Part shown: one piece after another, positions 38,285-51,105 of the stretch
Layout: each line of letters begins with the position of its first letter
Position numbering within the stretch: the first letter of the stretch is position 1
Assembly (NCBI GenBank): GCA_051362555.1
Contig: CM120641.1
Coordinates: 13,020,001-13,084,000 of the forward strand
Direction of reading: 5' to 3'
From: Lingula anatina
Taxonomy: Eukaryota > Animalia > Brachiopoda
DNA: 64,000 nt
Made by a program: the position numbers and the translations under genes
Notes under the pieces: generated by a model
Seen by the model: only the letters and a program-made list of their open reading frames with translations
The model's database searches: none
What the model was told of the DNA's origin: nothing

Positions 38285-40172
38285 CTGTTGAGAGAATAAA
38301 GAAAACAACATCAAAAATAACATCAAAACCACAGAAAAAGAGAATATAACTTTCCACAGATGTCTTTCTTAAGGCAATATTAAAATTCAAATGTCTGCCA
38401 CAATAGAGAGTTTACACAATTTCCAAAAAAAAAAAAAACCTTTGATCTTATTGAAATAAGAGAACAAAGACAACAAAAGTGAGGCAAAATTACAAAACAA
38501 TTCTATCACCTGAAGTACGTTTGTCTATTAATTATGGAGAATAAGAAAAGGCAAGGCACACACTGCCTGGGTCAAATTTCTGTGACTTTAGGCTTAAGTA
38601 GTAATAAATATTTTATAGCAAGTATGAAGTCTAGTTATAATAATATATCTTTTATTATAAGGCATAACTGCATTTCTTGACAGAACGATTTCAGAACACT
38701 TATTTTAATTTTTTGTTTCTATAAATAACTTATTATCCAAATATACACAAAATTTTCTTTACATTTTCTTAATAAAAGGAAGATCTAACATCAAAATATT
38801 TTATCACATTTCCTAAGAATAATAGTCACTGCTAATCTAACATGGATAATGGGGATGTCATCAAAAATTAATGGAAACAGTCATCAAATAGTAGTCATAT
38901 ATTCCCGAGTAGATGTGTCCACATACAGAAATGGAAACTTTCTCACACTCCTCATTACTTATCAAATGTCTTATTCTCTCAGGTATTGTGCAACAGAAAT
39001 CAGAACCGATGTCATCTAATAAAAGTCAGTAAATCAGTTCCTTGGAGCTTTAGCCCATATATAGAACTTAACATCTTCGCAATCTGCAAAATGAAAAGAG
39101 AATTTGTTGGGGGTCATTCATTCTTTTCTTCACCTGTCAGTGCAAGCTAGCATGTCACTACCAAGGGAGAGAGACAAGCAGCAGGCAAGGGACGCAGAAG
39201 AAAAAGAGGCTCGTGGCCCAGCAGGTCTTTAGCACGAGAGGCATCAGGTCTTGCTGGATGAGGGCCACTGAGTGTTTTGCCTGGCACACACCTGGCCAGG
39301 TGTGCTTAATGCTTGTAGCAATCAGTGGAGTGAGATGCTCACACATCCAGGCCAGGTAGAGCACAAGTCCACACACTCCCACAGGTATCAGATGTCATGC
39401 TCATCCCAGTAGGGGTGCAGCTACTGCCACTGGTGCCACAAGCCACAGACAACATATACTGATTTGACTAAGAGAGCATTACATGGAAGGGAGGGGGGGG
39501 GGGGGGAGGAGATGAGTTGGCATCCTGTCACATATGTATTTCATATCAATATGAAAAACAGTTCAAATTAATATTCTAAGTAGGCGGTAGGCTTTTTTTT
39601 AATGTGGCAAAATGAAATTATCAAAAACATGATTCAAGGTCATTTGTAAGATTTTTTTACATACTGCAGAACCATTTTAATATCACTACATTATATTTGA
39701 TAGTTGAAATGAACTGCCTTTATGTTCCTACATTCCCTTGCTGACAGGCAATAGTGGTCACACAAATTACAGCAAAGATGATAAGTGAATTATAGGTATA
39801 AGCATGTGTAAATAGCTCTTGTCTAAGCCACAGTCACCAATTACAGGATTACAGGTAGTTACAATAAATGAGGCAATGCCAGACAGACTCGCCCTAATCT
39901 GTAACATAGTGGGGCAAATTAGCTGCGAGTGGCTTACCTAAAAACTAATGAAAAAACAAAGAACTAAAGGTGTAGTCACTTAGATTGGAAAAAACCCTAA
40001 TTTGCTAGAAGCATTTTAAGAAATGAAAACAAATGATATGAGGATTGGTCTATGTAAATAAGAATTTATGGGGAGAGTTGCTTTGTGTAACAAGTGCAGC
40101 AAGTCAAAAATTGGCAATTGATGTTATTGGGCATATTCAGCAAATAGAGATTGTTGATTTTTTATATCAAAA

Positions 40173-40344
40173 CAGGTCCATAGCCAGGGGGCTGGGAGTG
40201 TTGGAAAGCAATGCCCTTTTTGCCAGGGAAAGGTCCTCACTGGGTAAAATTTGATTTAGCTAGTACACAAAGGAGGTCTCATGGTAAAAGATCCAGTTTT
40301 TTAGGAAAAAACACTTTCGTTTAAAATTGCTGGCTATACGCCTG
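40173..40344. mobile_element. MITE family C copy 2 (diverged)
   Basis: CAGGTCCATAGCCAGGGGG...AAATTGCTGGCTATACGCCTG; interior aligns with 839-1028 (AAAGGTCC..CTGGGTAAAATTTGA, GGTAAAAG). Confidence 0.78.
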
Positions 40345-43300
40345 AACAATTTACATTTTATAATATATACATTCTTTTTTCCTTTTGCCATTTCAATATC
40401 AAATATCGCCCAATTAAATTTATTGCATCTATATCTTTCTGAAACATAAATTTTATAAGTTTAAGTCAGGCAAAAGGTAAAAAAAACAGGCATCTAGACA
40501 GACTAGATAATGGGCAAGCAAATGGACAAGCAGACTGATGGACAGACATATAGACAAGAGAGTCTGGAAGAATTAAAAGGATTTAAAAAGTCTAGTAAAA
40601 AAAGTCAGGATAATTGCTTTTTGCCCTGCATATCAGCAGCTCCCATATTGTTGTTTAGCACCTGACTAAAGTATTATGTAACAAAATACACAAATTTCAT
40701 TGTGCTGACCTGGACATTGTTCACATTGTATTTCAAATGCACTGGAATTTATACTTGCCCCGTTTCATTCATGTTTGCGTTCAGGTGTTATCAACATATT
40801 TTGTTATCATTGTGTTCATTTTTACCACATTTGCTTTTGGAATTTAGAGCTAAGGTTCAAACCATGAAATACCTCAAAATGGTTTCTTTAAAGAGTAAAA
40901 ATTAATGAATATATGTCAAAGAGAGAGGTATGGTGACTAATCTGAATTAATTCTTTTAACAGTGAATATCTCATCAATTGATCAAAACATGATAATCATC
41001 AGTGATAACAATTAGGTAATGGATTAATTGGACAGGCTTATCCTGATCCTAACATTTATAAAAACAAGTAAGAGAAGAACTAACATAGAGGAGTTCAAGT
41101 TATAGCATAATGAAAACCTGATTCATAACAGAATTATAATTCATATGGGATCTACACTGAGCAGACACGTATTTCCATCTATCTACATATTTATATTATT
41201 TGCATAAGATATAATATTAAAGAGACCCCTGTGGCCTGTATGATTGCCCCCTCCCCTTTATCTTGAAAGAACAGATAACATATCTATTAGATAAAAAGGT
41301 TATCAAACTGATATACAGCATTTCATGATTTCCCATGTATGCACCTAGTTAAACACCAAATAGCCCTACAAATTTAGAAGGAAAATCAGTGTAAATGATC
41401 AGCATTTGTCATGATGTTTAAGTTCCCCTTTATATTGAAAATCAATATTTAATATTTTAAAAACCATCCCCTGAATATACATGTTTAAAGCTTATTGTCT
41501 CCGATCTGTACATTGAGAAACAAACAAACAAACAAAAACTTACACCAATATCAAATCAGGAACAGTTATGCAGATATGCATTTAATTGTCATTTAAAAGA
41601 AATATCAACAGTGACTGTCAAATATTATCTCTTTCTAAACAATGTTTGCACCTTGCATTTTTTGTAAGACAGCAGGTGAAAAGTAAGAGGTACCCTGGAT
41701 CAATCTTTTATCACCCTCAAAGTTCACAGTGTTGATGTGAAGGTGCGTTAATCACTTCCATAATAAATACAGGACTGGATAAAGGCTGAAATGTGGTGCC
41801 TGTAAGACTTCCATTGTATGTGTCAAGATGTCCTCATCCCCCCCCCCCCCCTTCATTACACTACCTTTTTCTGTAAGCTGACTGAACTGATCACTGTAAA
41901 ATTGAATAAAAACATGTGGAGCAGTGTGTGAATGCCATGTAACCAGCATCTCTTGCCATGCTTTATGGGGTAATCACAGGGTGTAAACTATAAAGCACTA
42001 AGACACTTCTGATTTATGGACCCATGTTGCTTTTACTATTAAAAAATACTTCAATTTATATAATTCTACTTTTTTATGCTATTTTGTATTTGGTGATTGT
42101 GTTTCCTACAATAGCAACTGAAGTAAAGAAGGAATTAATAAATAAAATCATCAGATAATTAAAAGTGTCTATCAAAATGATGACATTTTAGTGTTTCTTT
42201 ATTTACATTATATGCATTGCAGTAGACATTAAATGCTAGAAGCAGTTCAAAAAAGATTCTTTACAAAACATTATTAGACTCGTCTTCTTTTGTATCATTT
42301 CCGATTACTTTAAAAAAAAATCTCTAAATTGCATTTTTCCTCAAAATATAGTTTGTGTATTGTTAAAAGATTTTTGATGGGTCTCCACATCAGATAGCTG
42401 GCATCTTGTTGAACTAGATCTCACAGAATTTCAATATTGCTTTATAACATGCAGCTAACACATTCAAGCCTGGATTTCCCACCGCTCACCCACACTAAAC
42501 ACAGTAACCATAATATGACTGCCCTTATTTGTCACTCTCCAACCCCCCCCCCCCTTTTTTTTCTAGTCCTTCACTGAAGCATACTTGACACAACCTAGGG
42601 GCCTTGTTTACACTCACAACAATTATCACATTATCAGCAATTCTAGTACTCTAAATAATTGTGCAAATAACCTATTTGCTGCAGTATCTAGAAATCCTCA
42701 ATGCTTAAACCTATTATTTCCTACACATGCCATGTTATTTTTTGCCTGCAGAATTAACAAGCAATCATGTAATACTTATAAGCTATCATCAATAGTCTAA
42801 TCTTTTAGTTCTGCTGTCAACGGTCCTTATTTTGGAGAGCTTTGTTCAGGATCCATCTCTCACAAGAGTAGTCTTGGCAATCGTAGAGATATCAGCACTT
42901 GAACTGCCAACCACTTGTGTATGAGTGTCAGAGAGTTTATTTTTCCCACGGATCCCACAAATGTGGAGGGCATTACCAACAGACCTCATAAAGACTTGCG
43001 CCCGTGTTATCAAATTCTTGTCACATTTTATACGTTTTATTTTGTCAGGCTAAAATTGTGTTATTCTCATTGGCAACCAGGGTAGCTGTCATGTCAAGGA
43101 ATTTGAAACACCAAAAAGCCATGGAATCGATTCCCTGTGTCTCAGTATACCAATACAGGGCACAGCCAGTTTTCTGTAAACAAATGTAAAGAATTTTTAC
43201 ATTTAAAACCACTCTGCATGCAGTCCACGTTCTTTACCTTTCCACCACAAAAAGTCAAGTGACCAAGACTGAGTGCACTCAACCGAGCCTGCCACTGTGT

Positions 43301-44234
43301 ACGGCAGTGTCCCTATACTTACAGAAGCGTGGGAATTTGCAATAATTTTGGTGTGTGCCATACACAAGGAAAACAGGAATAAATGTTACATTGTGGCACC
43401 ACAGGTACTTGAATAATGAGATTGGGCATTGAGATGTGTCCCCTCAATTCACAGGTGTGCAAAAGGTCCAAGGTGTGCAGGCCTATTTGGATACACTGAT
43501 CATAACTGCACCCAAACTGAAAAATAGTAACTGAAAGGGATATTGAACTTGTCACCTTAGTTAAATTTTGTAGACAGTGACAAGGATGAAGGTGTAATAT
43601 ATTTATTAACACAGTAACAACAGTATGTGTGCTTGCATAAATATGCATGTAGACAGCAGCTATAAACCTGTTATATCTATATACCATAAATTTTCATGCT
43701 TATACTGAAGTAGACTTTGTGTCAATATTGAAAATATCTAAGATTTTTTCTGTCAACATAGGATGATAAATTAAGCACTTTTTTCAAGTCAATCCTATTA
43801 ATCACACTATATATGCATTAAACATATCTCACTTTCAAGTGAGGGTACTAGTTAAATGATTGGAACTACACATTTCAAACTTTTATATAGCTCTGAACTT
43901 CTACAAAACCAAACTTCTAAGAAATCATATTATCTTGTAATGTTATATTCACTGCCATAAAGCATTAATCACATACTAAAATTATGCCAAGCATTATAAG
44001 TCCCAAAAAGGAATCCACATTAGGCTATGTCCTAAACTTCAAACTGCATTGATTGAAACTTGGAAAGAAATCAATTATTATGTAATGGTACCAACATTCC
44101 AGACTATAACAAACTCCCCCCTTCTCTATTCTCCTCTGTCTGATCAATTTTTATCTTTGATAAAATGCCATGTCCCCACAACGAAATTTTATTTTTTGCA
44201 TAATGTTTGAAATGGTCCCAATTACTCTAAGTAG

Positions 44235-44663
44235 GGATCAGCTCTATTTTCTGAAGGTACGCTATTCCGAAAGGTTCCCTATTCCAAAAACTGAAAGGGG
44301 CAGCGTTGTTCTAAAATCAGCTGCTATTCTGAAGGCTTTTTATTCTGTAGAAAAAATGAGTTTGCATTCTGAAGGTTCGTTATTCTGGAAAAGTTAATTG
44401 ATGCGTTAGCTGCATGAGTTGCATAATCGGGGCGAGCACTGACTTATGTGTCAAAGGAAGGTATTTAGGAGGCTCTCTCATATTTGCATTTTTTTTACAA
44501 TCTGCACAGATTTCATGCATGGGTAATTCTTTACTAAAACAACTACGAGTTAAACTCTATAGCGCAAAATAATGTGTAACTCACCCTCTTCCAAAAAATA
44601 TGTGTACCTTTACACGTATGTCGGTGAAACTTCAGAACACCGAACCTTTGGAATACCGAATCC
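44235..44663. mobile_element. Degenerate element with ~14-bp subterminal tandem repeats (family D relative)
   Basis: Repeated TATTC(C/T)GAAGGTT-like units on the left and inverse units GAACCTTTGGAATACCGAATCC on the right. Confidence 0.55.
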
Positions 44664-45716
44664 TTGCATTGAAGCACAACCCTCTAAATATACCCAACTA
44701 TCAGTATGCTTTACATCCCCTACAGAAAAAGAATGCATCTCAAAAAAGAAAAAAAATGTAACTGTGTCTGTGACCATACACCAAACAAACAGAACTTAGA
44801 ACATACATATCCTAGTCCAACATGCTATGATTATTTGAAAGCTACAATCACAGATATGTTTACACCAAGATTATCTACTTACTACCTTAATTTACTCTTA
44901 AATCACGTTTAACTTGAGCCTTCACATACATTTCTGTTCATGATAAGTGCATAATGAACCATCCAAACTCTAAAGAGATGGTAAGCATAGGAAAGTGGGT
45001 TTGGTTTATCCTTTTTCACTTAACTCCCATAATGAGTATTGCAAGATGTTACATGAATCTAATGAAATCCTCCTGTTAACTGAAGACTAATGTATCAATT
45101 TATATCTCACCAGGTAAAGGGGCATGGCATGTCCAGACTCAGCCATGCAGGTACAAATCTCTGGTTACTAAGAGGCTACATATCTCACAGTAGTTGAGCG
45201 ATCGACAACGACTTAATTCCTAAGCTAAATTCTGGTTACACTTTGATGCGTTTCAATATTTGAACAGTTTACCCATCACTTTGTTCTCTGTTCAATTTTT
45301 TCTCCAGACTTTTGATGCAGAAAGAGCTTTCCTGTCTCACAAGTGGGTTTTTCCATGCACATATCCCAACTGGCCAGAAAAATTAATACTAGAACCTTAT
45401 GAGTAACCCCAAGGTACTCTAGTGTTTAAATCCATGTAAATTAATTCCTCCATGCATGACATTTTTTTCATTTGCTTCAGTGAGCAGTTAGAATACTTAA
45501 ACTAAGAGATCTGATTGATCACATGTTTGAACAGAGTACTTCTCTCACTTGAATTAATGATACTGGCCCTTTCAAATACCAGTTTGCTCTCCCAAGCATT
45601 TCCTGAAAATGTACTTTGTGGGTTTACGATACAGCACACTAAAATGAGATCATTATCTATTGCAGGACTTTGTAAATAGTGAAGTCGTACCTTACAGCAT
45701 AGGTTACTATTCTGAA

Positions 45717-45718
<2 letters not shown>

Positions 45719-45758
<40 letters not shown>
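45719..45758. repeat. Poly-G tract (~40 nt)
   Basis: Directly visible. Confidence 0.9.
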
Positions 45759-45761
<3 letters not shown>

Positions 45762-47071
45762 AGGATTCACAACCCTACTAGTAATAGAAATTTACATATT
45801 ACTTTCTTTACAGCATTTTTTTTAGTTGCAAACATATTGAAATAAACATGCATAAACTACTTTCTGTAACTTTCTACATACTTTTAATTTTGCCCCCCCC
45901 CTGCCCCCAGAGATCATTCCCCTCATCAAATCACTAGCAACCCTTTTTCTGTTCCACAGCCACAGTTCTGTGACTGCCATGCCTCCCATAGAGCACACAA
46001 GTAGAACTTTCTTTATTCCTTTGACTTCCATCCACTTATGATGTGGGAAAGACAAAGCTGTGTGACATCTGTGCAAGAAATCTCAAAGTCAATTTATCAC
46101 ACAGCACAAGGCCAGCACTTTTTGATTACAACATAATAAAGGATATTAACTGAAAAAGGCTAAAAAGCAGTTCTCATGCATCTAGTACGTTACTTAAACC
46201 TTATAAGTAAAATCGTGTGTATCTATGTGTGTTTGGCAGGGGGGTGGTGATAGTAAGTAACAAACACGTTAACACCCTCTACTTTACATAACCAAATGGA
46301 CCATTTTATAACTGACTTTAGTGCTTTAAAAAATATATCTTTGTTGAACAGAAATAGTATCTGTTAAGTCTTTTGCAACTATACCAAATACTTCTTTTCT
46401 CAACATACCTCATTAAACATTTTTCCAGATATTGAACTTTTTGTGTTACATTGGAAAATAATTACCAGTTTCCCTTTACACGGTAAAAATACCATTTTAC
46501 AAAAAACCTTTCACACAAATTAAGAATATGCTTGGCTACAGCAGTATCTCTTCAGGAGCTTCACATTGGAAGCACTTAGTAAGAAAACCCAAAAAGCCCC
46601 CAGAAAATACCTCAGCATATCTTTCCTTTAGGACATAGGATCCTGCAAGGTCCTGGGCAGAATATAGCCTGGCAACTGCTGATCCTCCCCAATACCTGGG
46701 ATGTGCCAACCGTTTTATTGCCAAATAAATGATTTAAGTCTGCTGTTGAAACATTCATGGTGAAATAAATAAAATCCAGCAATCAGCACCTAGGATGTTA
46801 TGGGCAATTCTTGAAATTACTTGTACGCTACTGGTGTGTTTCTCACAACTTGAGTAGCATTCTCAGCAAAAAAGGGGTGTGCATGTGTGTGTGTGTGCGT
46901 GTGCATGTATGCACACATGCATGCATGTTTATGTGCATGCATATGTGCATTTATGTATGCAACTGAGGCAGATAGAGAGGGGTGAGGAAATATTGTGTCT
47001 GAAGAAAGTACTCTGTTGATAGTTTGCTTGTTCAAAGGCAGTACTCTTTATTTTACTTTTTATCATGACTA

Positions 47072-47619
47072 AGAGCGCATTCTCAACGAATTAAGCCAGG
47101 CTTTACAAAGCCGGTGACCTAAAAATGGCGGACGTACATGAAAGAAAAACGGCCTAATCTTTTAATAGTCTCTCCGCCTCTCACACGCCTCTCCACACGT
47201 CATCCCTGCGGGGTACAGTAATTAAATCTCGGCTCCGAACATTAATATTTCCGTGAATATCTCTGGTGATATTATCTCCGTAGATAGTCGATTCATTGCT
47301 GCTCTACGGGCCAAATTATTCCTTTTTCGTCTCTGTTTTCAAAGATAATAGAACAGAAGAGCTTTTTTCCTTCGATCGCCTTCAGCCGCCATGCTTTCTT
47401 CACCACGAGTGTAACTGATGAGCATGCACACTTAATGTTTCTCAGGTAGCTTCCGCATAGCGAACGGAGCCGAGATTTAATTACTGTACCCTGCAGGGAC
47501 GACGTGTGGGGAGGCGGAGAGACTATTAAAAGATTAGGCGGTTTTTCTTTCATGTACGTCCGCCATTTTTAGGTCACCAGCTTTGTAAAGCCTGGCTTAA
47601 TTCGTTGAGAATGCGCTAT
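47072..47619. mobile_element. Young MITE with ~165-bp TIRs
   Basis: AGCGCATTCTCAACGAATTAAGCCAGGCTTTACAAAGC...AATCTCGGCTCCG is mirrored almost exactly at ~47464-47617; CpG-rich; flanked by TA (or TAA/TTA). Confidence 0.9.
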
Positions 47620-47796
47620 TATTGCCAAATCATAATAAATATACAGACATAATGTTATGATTTTTATTTAATATTCATTCATCCTTCAACAGGGAAGTGC
47701 ACACCAACTTTCAGATATACATTTTACATGTTCTTTAAACCTTTTCATTCTATTCCGTTTCTTTGTGCTTCTCTCGAGGTGTATTTTGGAACAACT

Positions 47797-47890
47797 TTTA
47801 GAATAGCAAACCCTCTGGAACAGCAGACATTCAGAATACCAAACCCCAGAACAGTGAACCCTTGAAATATGGATCTTTAGAATAGTGAAT
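47797..47890. repeat. Degenerate ~14-bp tandem units, fragment of a family D arm
   Basis: Recurrent AGAATAGCAAACCC / AGAATACCAAACCC / AGAACAGTGAACCC units. Confidence 0.45.
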
Positions 47891-48515
47891 GAAGCTTTGG
47901 ACCAATGATCACTAGAACCCTCAGATGGTCATAAGACCCACATCTGTCACTGTGTTTAACTCCAATAGTGAACCAACTTCGTACACAAATTATGCTATCA
48001 AACAGACTTCTATTTTAAGCTTGGGTATGATGGTATTCCATTTGTATTCCAGACACAGGTAATGAATGCATCCCACACCTACTACTATTGAATGGTTTTA
48101 CTATGGAACTGGCCGCATTAAATACATTAGTAGTATGTAGACTATTGATTTTCTTCCTACCCATTCATAAACTTTATTCAATCAAGTCGCTCATCAGTTA
48201 TCTTTTGTGACAATTACTGTTTATTTGAGGGTATGATTCAGTTTGCATTTTCTATCTGCATGGTATTGTTTTACCTCAAAGAATCTTGTTTAGTTTTGAT
48301 GAAACTACTTATGATTAACCCTTTTATAAAAATAAGCCAACTTGTAATAATATGATAACATATACTGGTTGGCCATCAGATATAATTAAATGCATATCAC
48401 TGCTCATCTAAAACTGTTGCCAACTGTGGATACAGTACTGAATAATCAATTACTTTCCCTTACATTATCAGCATGGATCCAGAACAGTGTTCTACTGGTT
48501 GAACAGCAAATGTAT

Positions 48516-48690
48516 GGCTGCGTTCAGAACAGTGGACAAACTAGTCTGAGGGTCAAATATGGCCAACCCACTTGAGTACTTCCCCACAGGTAATCTATTC
48601 AGTGTCTGTTAGAGGATTAGATGGCTAGCTTTATAGTGGGTTGCCATATTTGACCTGCAGACTAGTTAGTCCACTGTTCTGAATGCGGCC
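48516..48690. mobile_element. MITE family B copy 1 (PIF/Harbinger-like)
   Basis: ~55-bp TIRs GGCTGCGTTCAGAACAGTGGAC...GTCCACTGTTCTGAATGCGGCC; flanks TAT/TAA. Confidence 0.85.
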
Positions 48691-50929
48691 TAAGACAAAC
48701 ACAGGAGTCAGGACAATGATATTTTATACCAAACTTAATTAAAAAAGACATTTTTTGTTAGAGTGTGCATATATTAGTGTTTTCTGGTTGTGCAATTGAA
48801 CAAATCCAAAAGATTCTCACATTACATGCAGCTTCTTAGTTATAAAGATGATGCTTTTTCTTTTCTTATTTACCTAATATACATAAACCAGATACCATAA
48901 AAAGTGTACATTGTGTTATTTTGATGAAAATCAATATAATATTGTCCAATAAGCCTGATAAGTGTCCGTAAAGAGAATAAACGTACTACATTAACTTTCA
49001 GTATGATACTACAACAATGAGTGATAGCACTATTTCAGCCCAAAACAAAAAGAAAAAGGAAAAAACACACACACACACACGTTGCTTATATATACTATAA
49101 GATACCTATACACTCATAAATCACATAAATCTCATATTTCTCCAGCTTCTCAGTTACTTTACGCACTGTTATAAATCATGACACCTGGTAACTTTGCCTG
49201 GTGTGACCTGAACCACCCAATCAGCAGTCACCTTTTTCCCTTTGCAACAACATTACCAATACTAAGCGTACTACAAATTCCAGCATAAATGTGACTTGAT
49301 TAGTCAATTACAGCTGATTAAGCTCAACCTTAGAAACACTATGGGCTGATCTATGTGTTACGGGGCTGGCTGCTTTTAGTCTAGATTCAATTACCTCTTC
49401 ATTTGGAGCCACTGAAGGAATACCACATCAAAGCTATCTTGAATATAACCTTTACTGGCTACATGTCTCCTGGAAAATGTTCTTTGATAAGAACTTTACA
49501 GTTACCTAGAAATAGGGCATTAATTGCATTAATTTCAATTCACTGCATTAGGCAAGTTACCTAACATTAGACAAAAACTCTGGGGTTAGGCATTTCACCT
49601 GTTTCACTTTAAACATAACACAAAGCATAAATATGTAAAAGTAAATATTCACCTTGTATGAATGCATACTGTACTGGATTTCACTTTTTTTTTTTTTTGG
49701 AAAAGTTAATCACAATCATAAAACAAAACTTTTCTAGTCTATGAAAAACTGATGACTGATGACTAAAGACAGTTTGCCAATGTAAACAGTACACTCAGCA
49801 AACATCACTGGCCATTGGTTTGCAATCATATGACTAAAATAAATCAGAAATGATGAACCTTTTTTAGAACAGGGACTAGGCCACTCCACTTTTGCAGTGC
49901 CTGATGACCTTCAATCACCCTCTATATCAGATTGACCAATGATTCTACATGTATTTGTGGGGTGTTCATCTATTCCTGCTGGATACCTTCCTCTTGTTTT
50001 GCTGGCATAACATCACATCCTTGCAGAAACAGATGGATACTAAGGAGCACATTACCTGCCAAAGAATGCCCAGAATTTACTAGTACAGGTGTGAAAATAC
50101 ACACAGGTATGAAAAAATGGGCACCCAGATGGCAAATGTTTGCTTTTTACCATTCATCCTGTTTCCCGCCTTGAGCTTCATCTGGGTTTTTGGCAGAATT
50201 GCAAGCATTTATTTCCTCCCTTCATCCTCTGACAAAATATCACTACCATTTACTCATGGTATTTTTTTTTCTATGCAGGAATTGCAGGCAAGCAGTTCTG
50301 AAGCAAAGCAAGAGATAGACAAGTTCATCTGCCTGGATTTATTTTACTATGTAGACACAGTGGATTTCTCATACCATACTTTTCAGCTATGCAAATATAA
50401 GTTCTGTCTATTGTCTTCATGCTAATACCTGCTTCACCTAAATACAGTTAAGAACCAAAAACGTGTGTCCTCTAACAATGCAAATTCATGTGAAATATGA
50501 GCCTAGTTAGAACACAGATCATCTATGTCAGTCTCTAGGGTAAAATATATAATTACATAGAAAACTGGCCTAAGCATGCAGATCTGTATATTCCATCTAT
50601 AAATGTTAAATGGAGAAAGCTGTGTCTGCTTTACAATGACATTAAAAGTTTGTTTTTGAATTCATTCTGTGGGATGAAACCTGTCTCGTTAGTTCAACCA
50701 CGGAACCTTCCAATTGTAGAATCGCCTGGACGAAAGACAATAAAAAACTTGGAATTTTAAACCATCAGATCATTTTACCTTTGGAGTAGGGTCTTCATAC
50801 CGATGTGATTACTATTATAACCAAAACCTTTCCTTAACTATTTTAAAAGTTGACCACAAGTTTTAAGATTGTGAAAAGAACATGAAAATAGGGAACACAC
50901 AATGAGGTCTGGATAACCACTGACATTCT

Positions 50930-51105
50930 GGGGGCGTCTTGATAGTCCGAAGGTTCATTGGTCCGAAGGTTCATTGGTCCGAAAAGTGGTAACATTTTTA
51001 TGGATTTTTTTTTATCAAGGGTTCATTGGTCCAAAGGTTCTATAGTCAACATTGGGACCAATGAACCTTCGGACTATTGAACCTTCGGACTATCGCTACG
51101 GCTCC
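50930..51105. mobile_element. MITE family D with 14-bp subterminal repeats and 8-bp TSD (Merlin-like)
   Basis: GG...CC termini, tandem GTCCGAAGGTTCATTG units mirrored at the right end, exact flanking duplication GACATTCT (50922-50929, 51106-51113). Confidence 0.85.

Noticed and set aside
40450-40570. GGACAGAC-like degenerate repeats suggestive of a Helentron/DINE-type element
   Set aside because: Too degenerate; no subterminal inverted repeat or hairpin could be delimited.
43319-43687. 122-aa ORF in the large intron as the missing Jagged N-terminal exon
   Set aside because: No signal peptide or C2/MNNL features and no suitable phase-0 donor after a FxWP-like motif.
50940-51095. Short regularly spaced repeats resembling a CRISPR array
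   Set aside because: Tandem 14-bp units without unique spacers, inverted at the other end and flanked by a TSD: a eukaryotic MITE.
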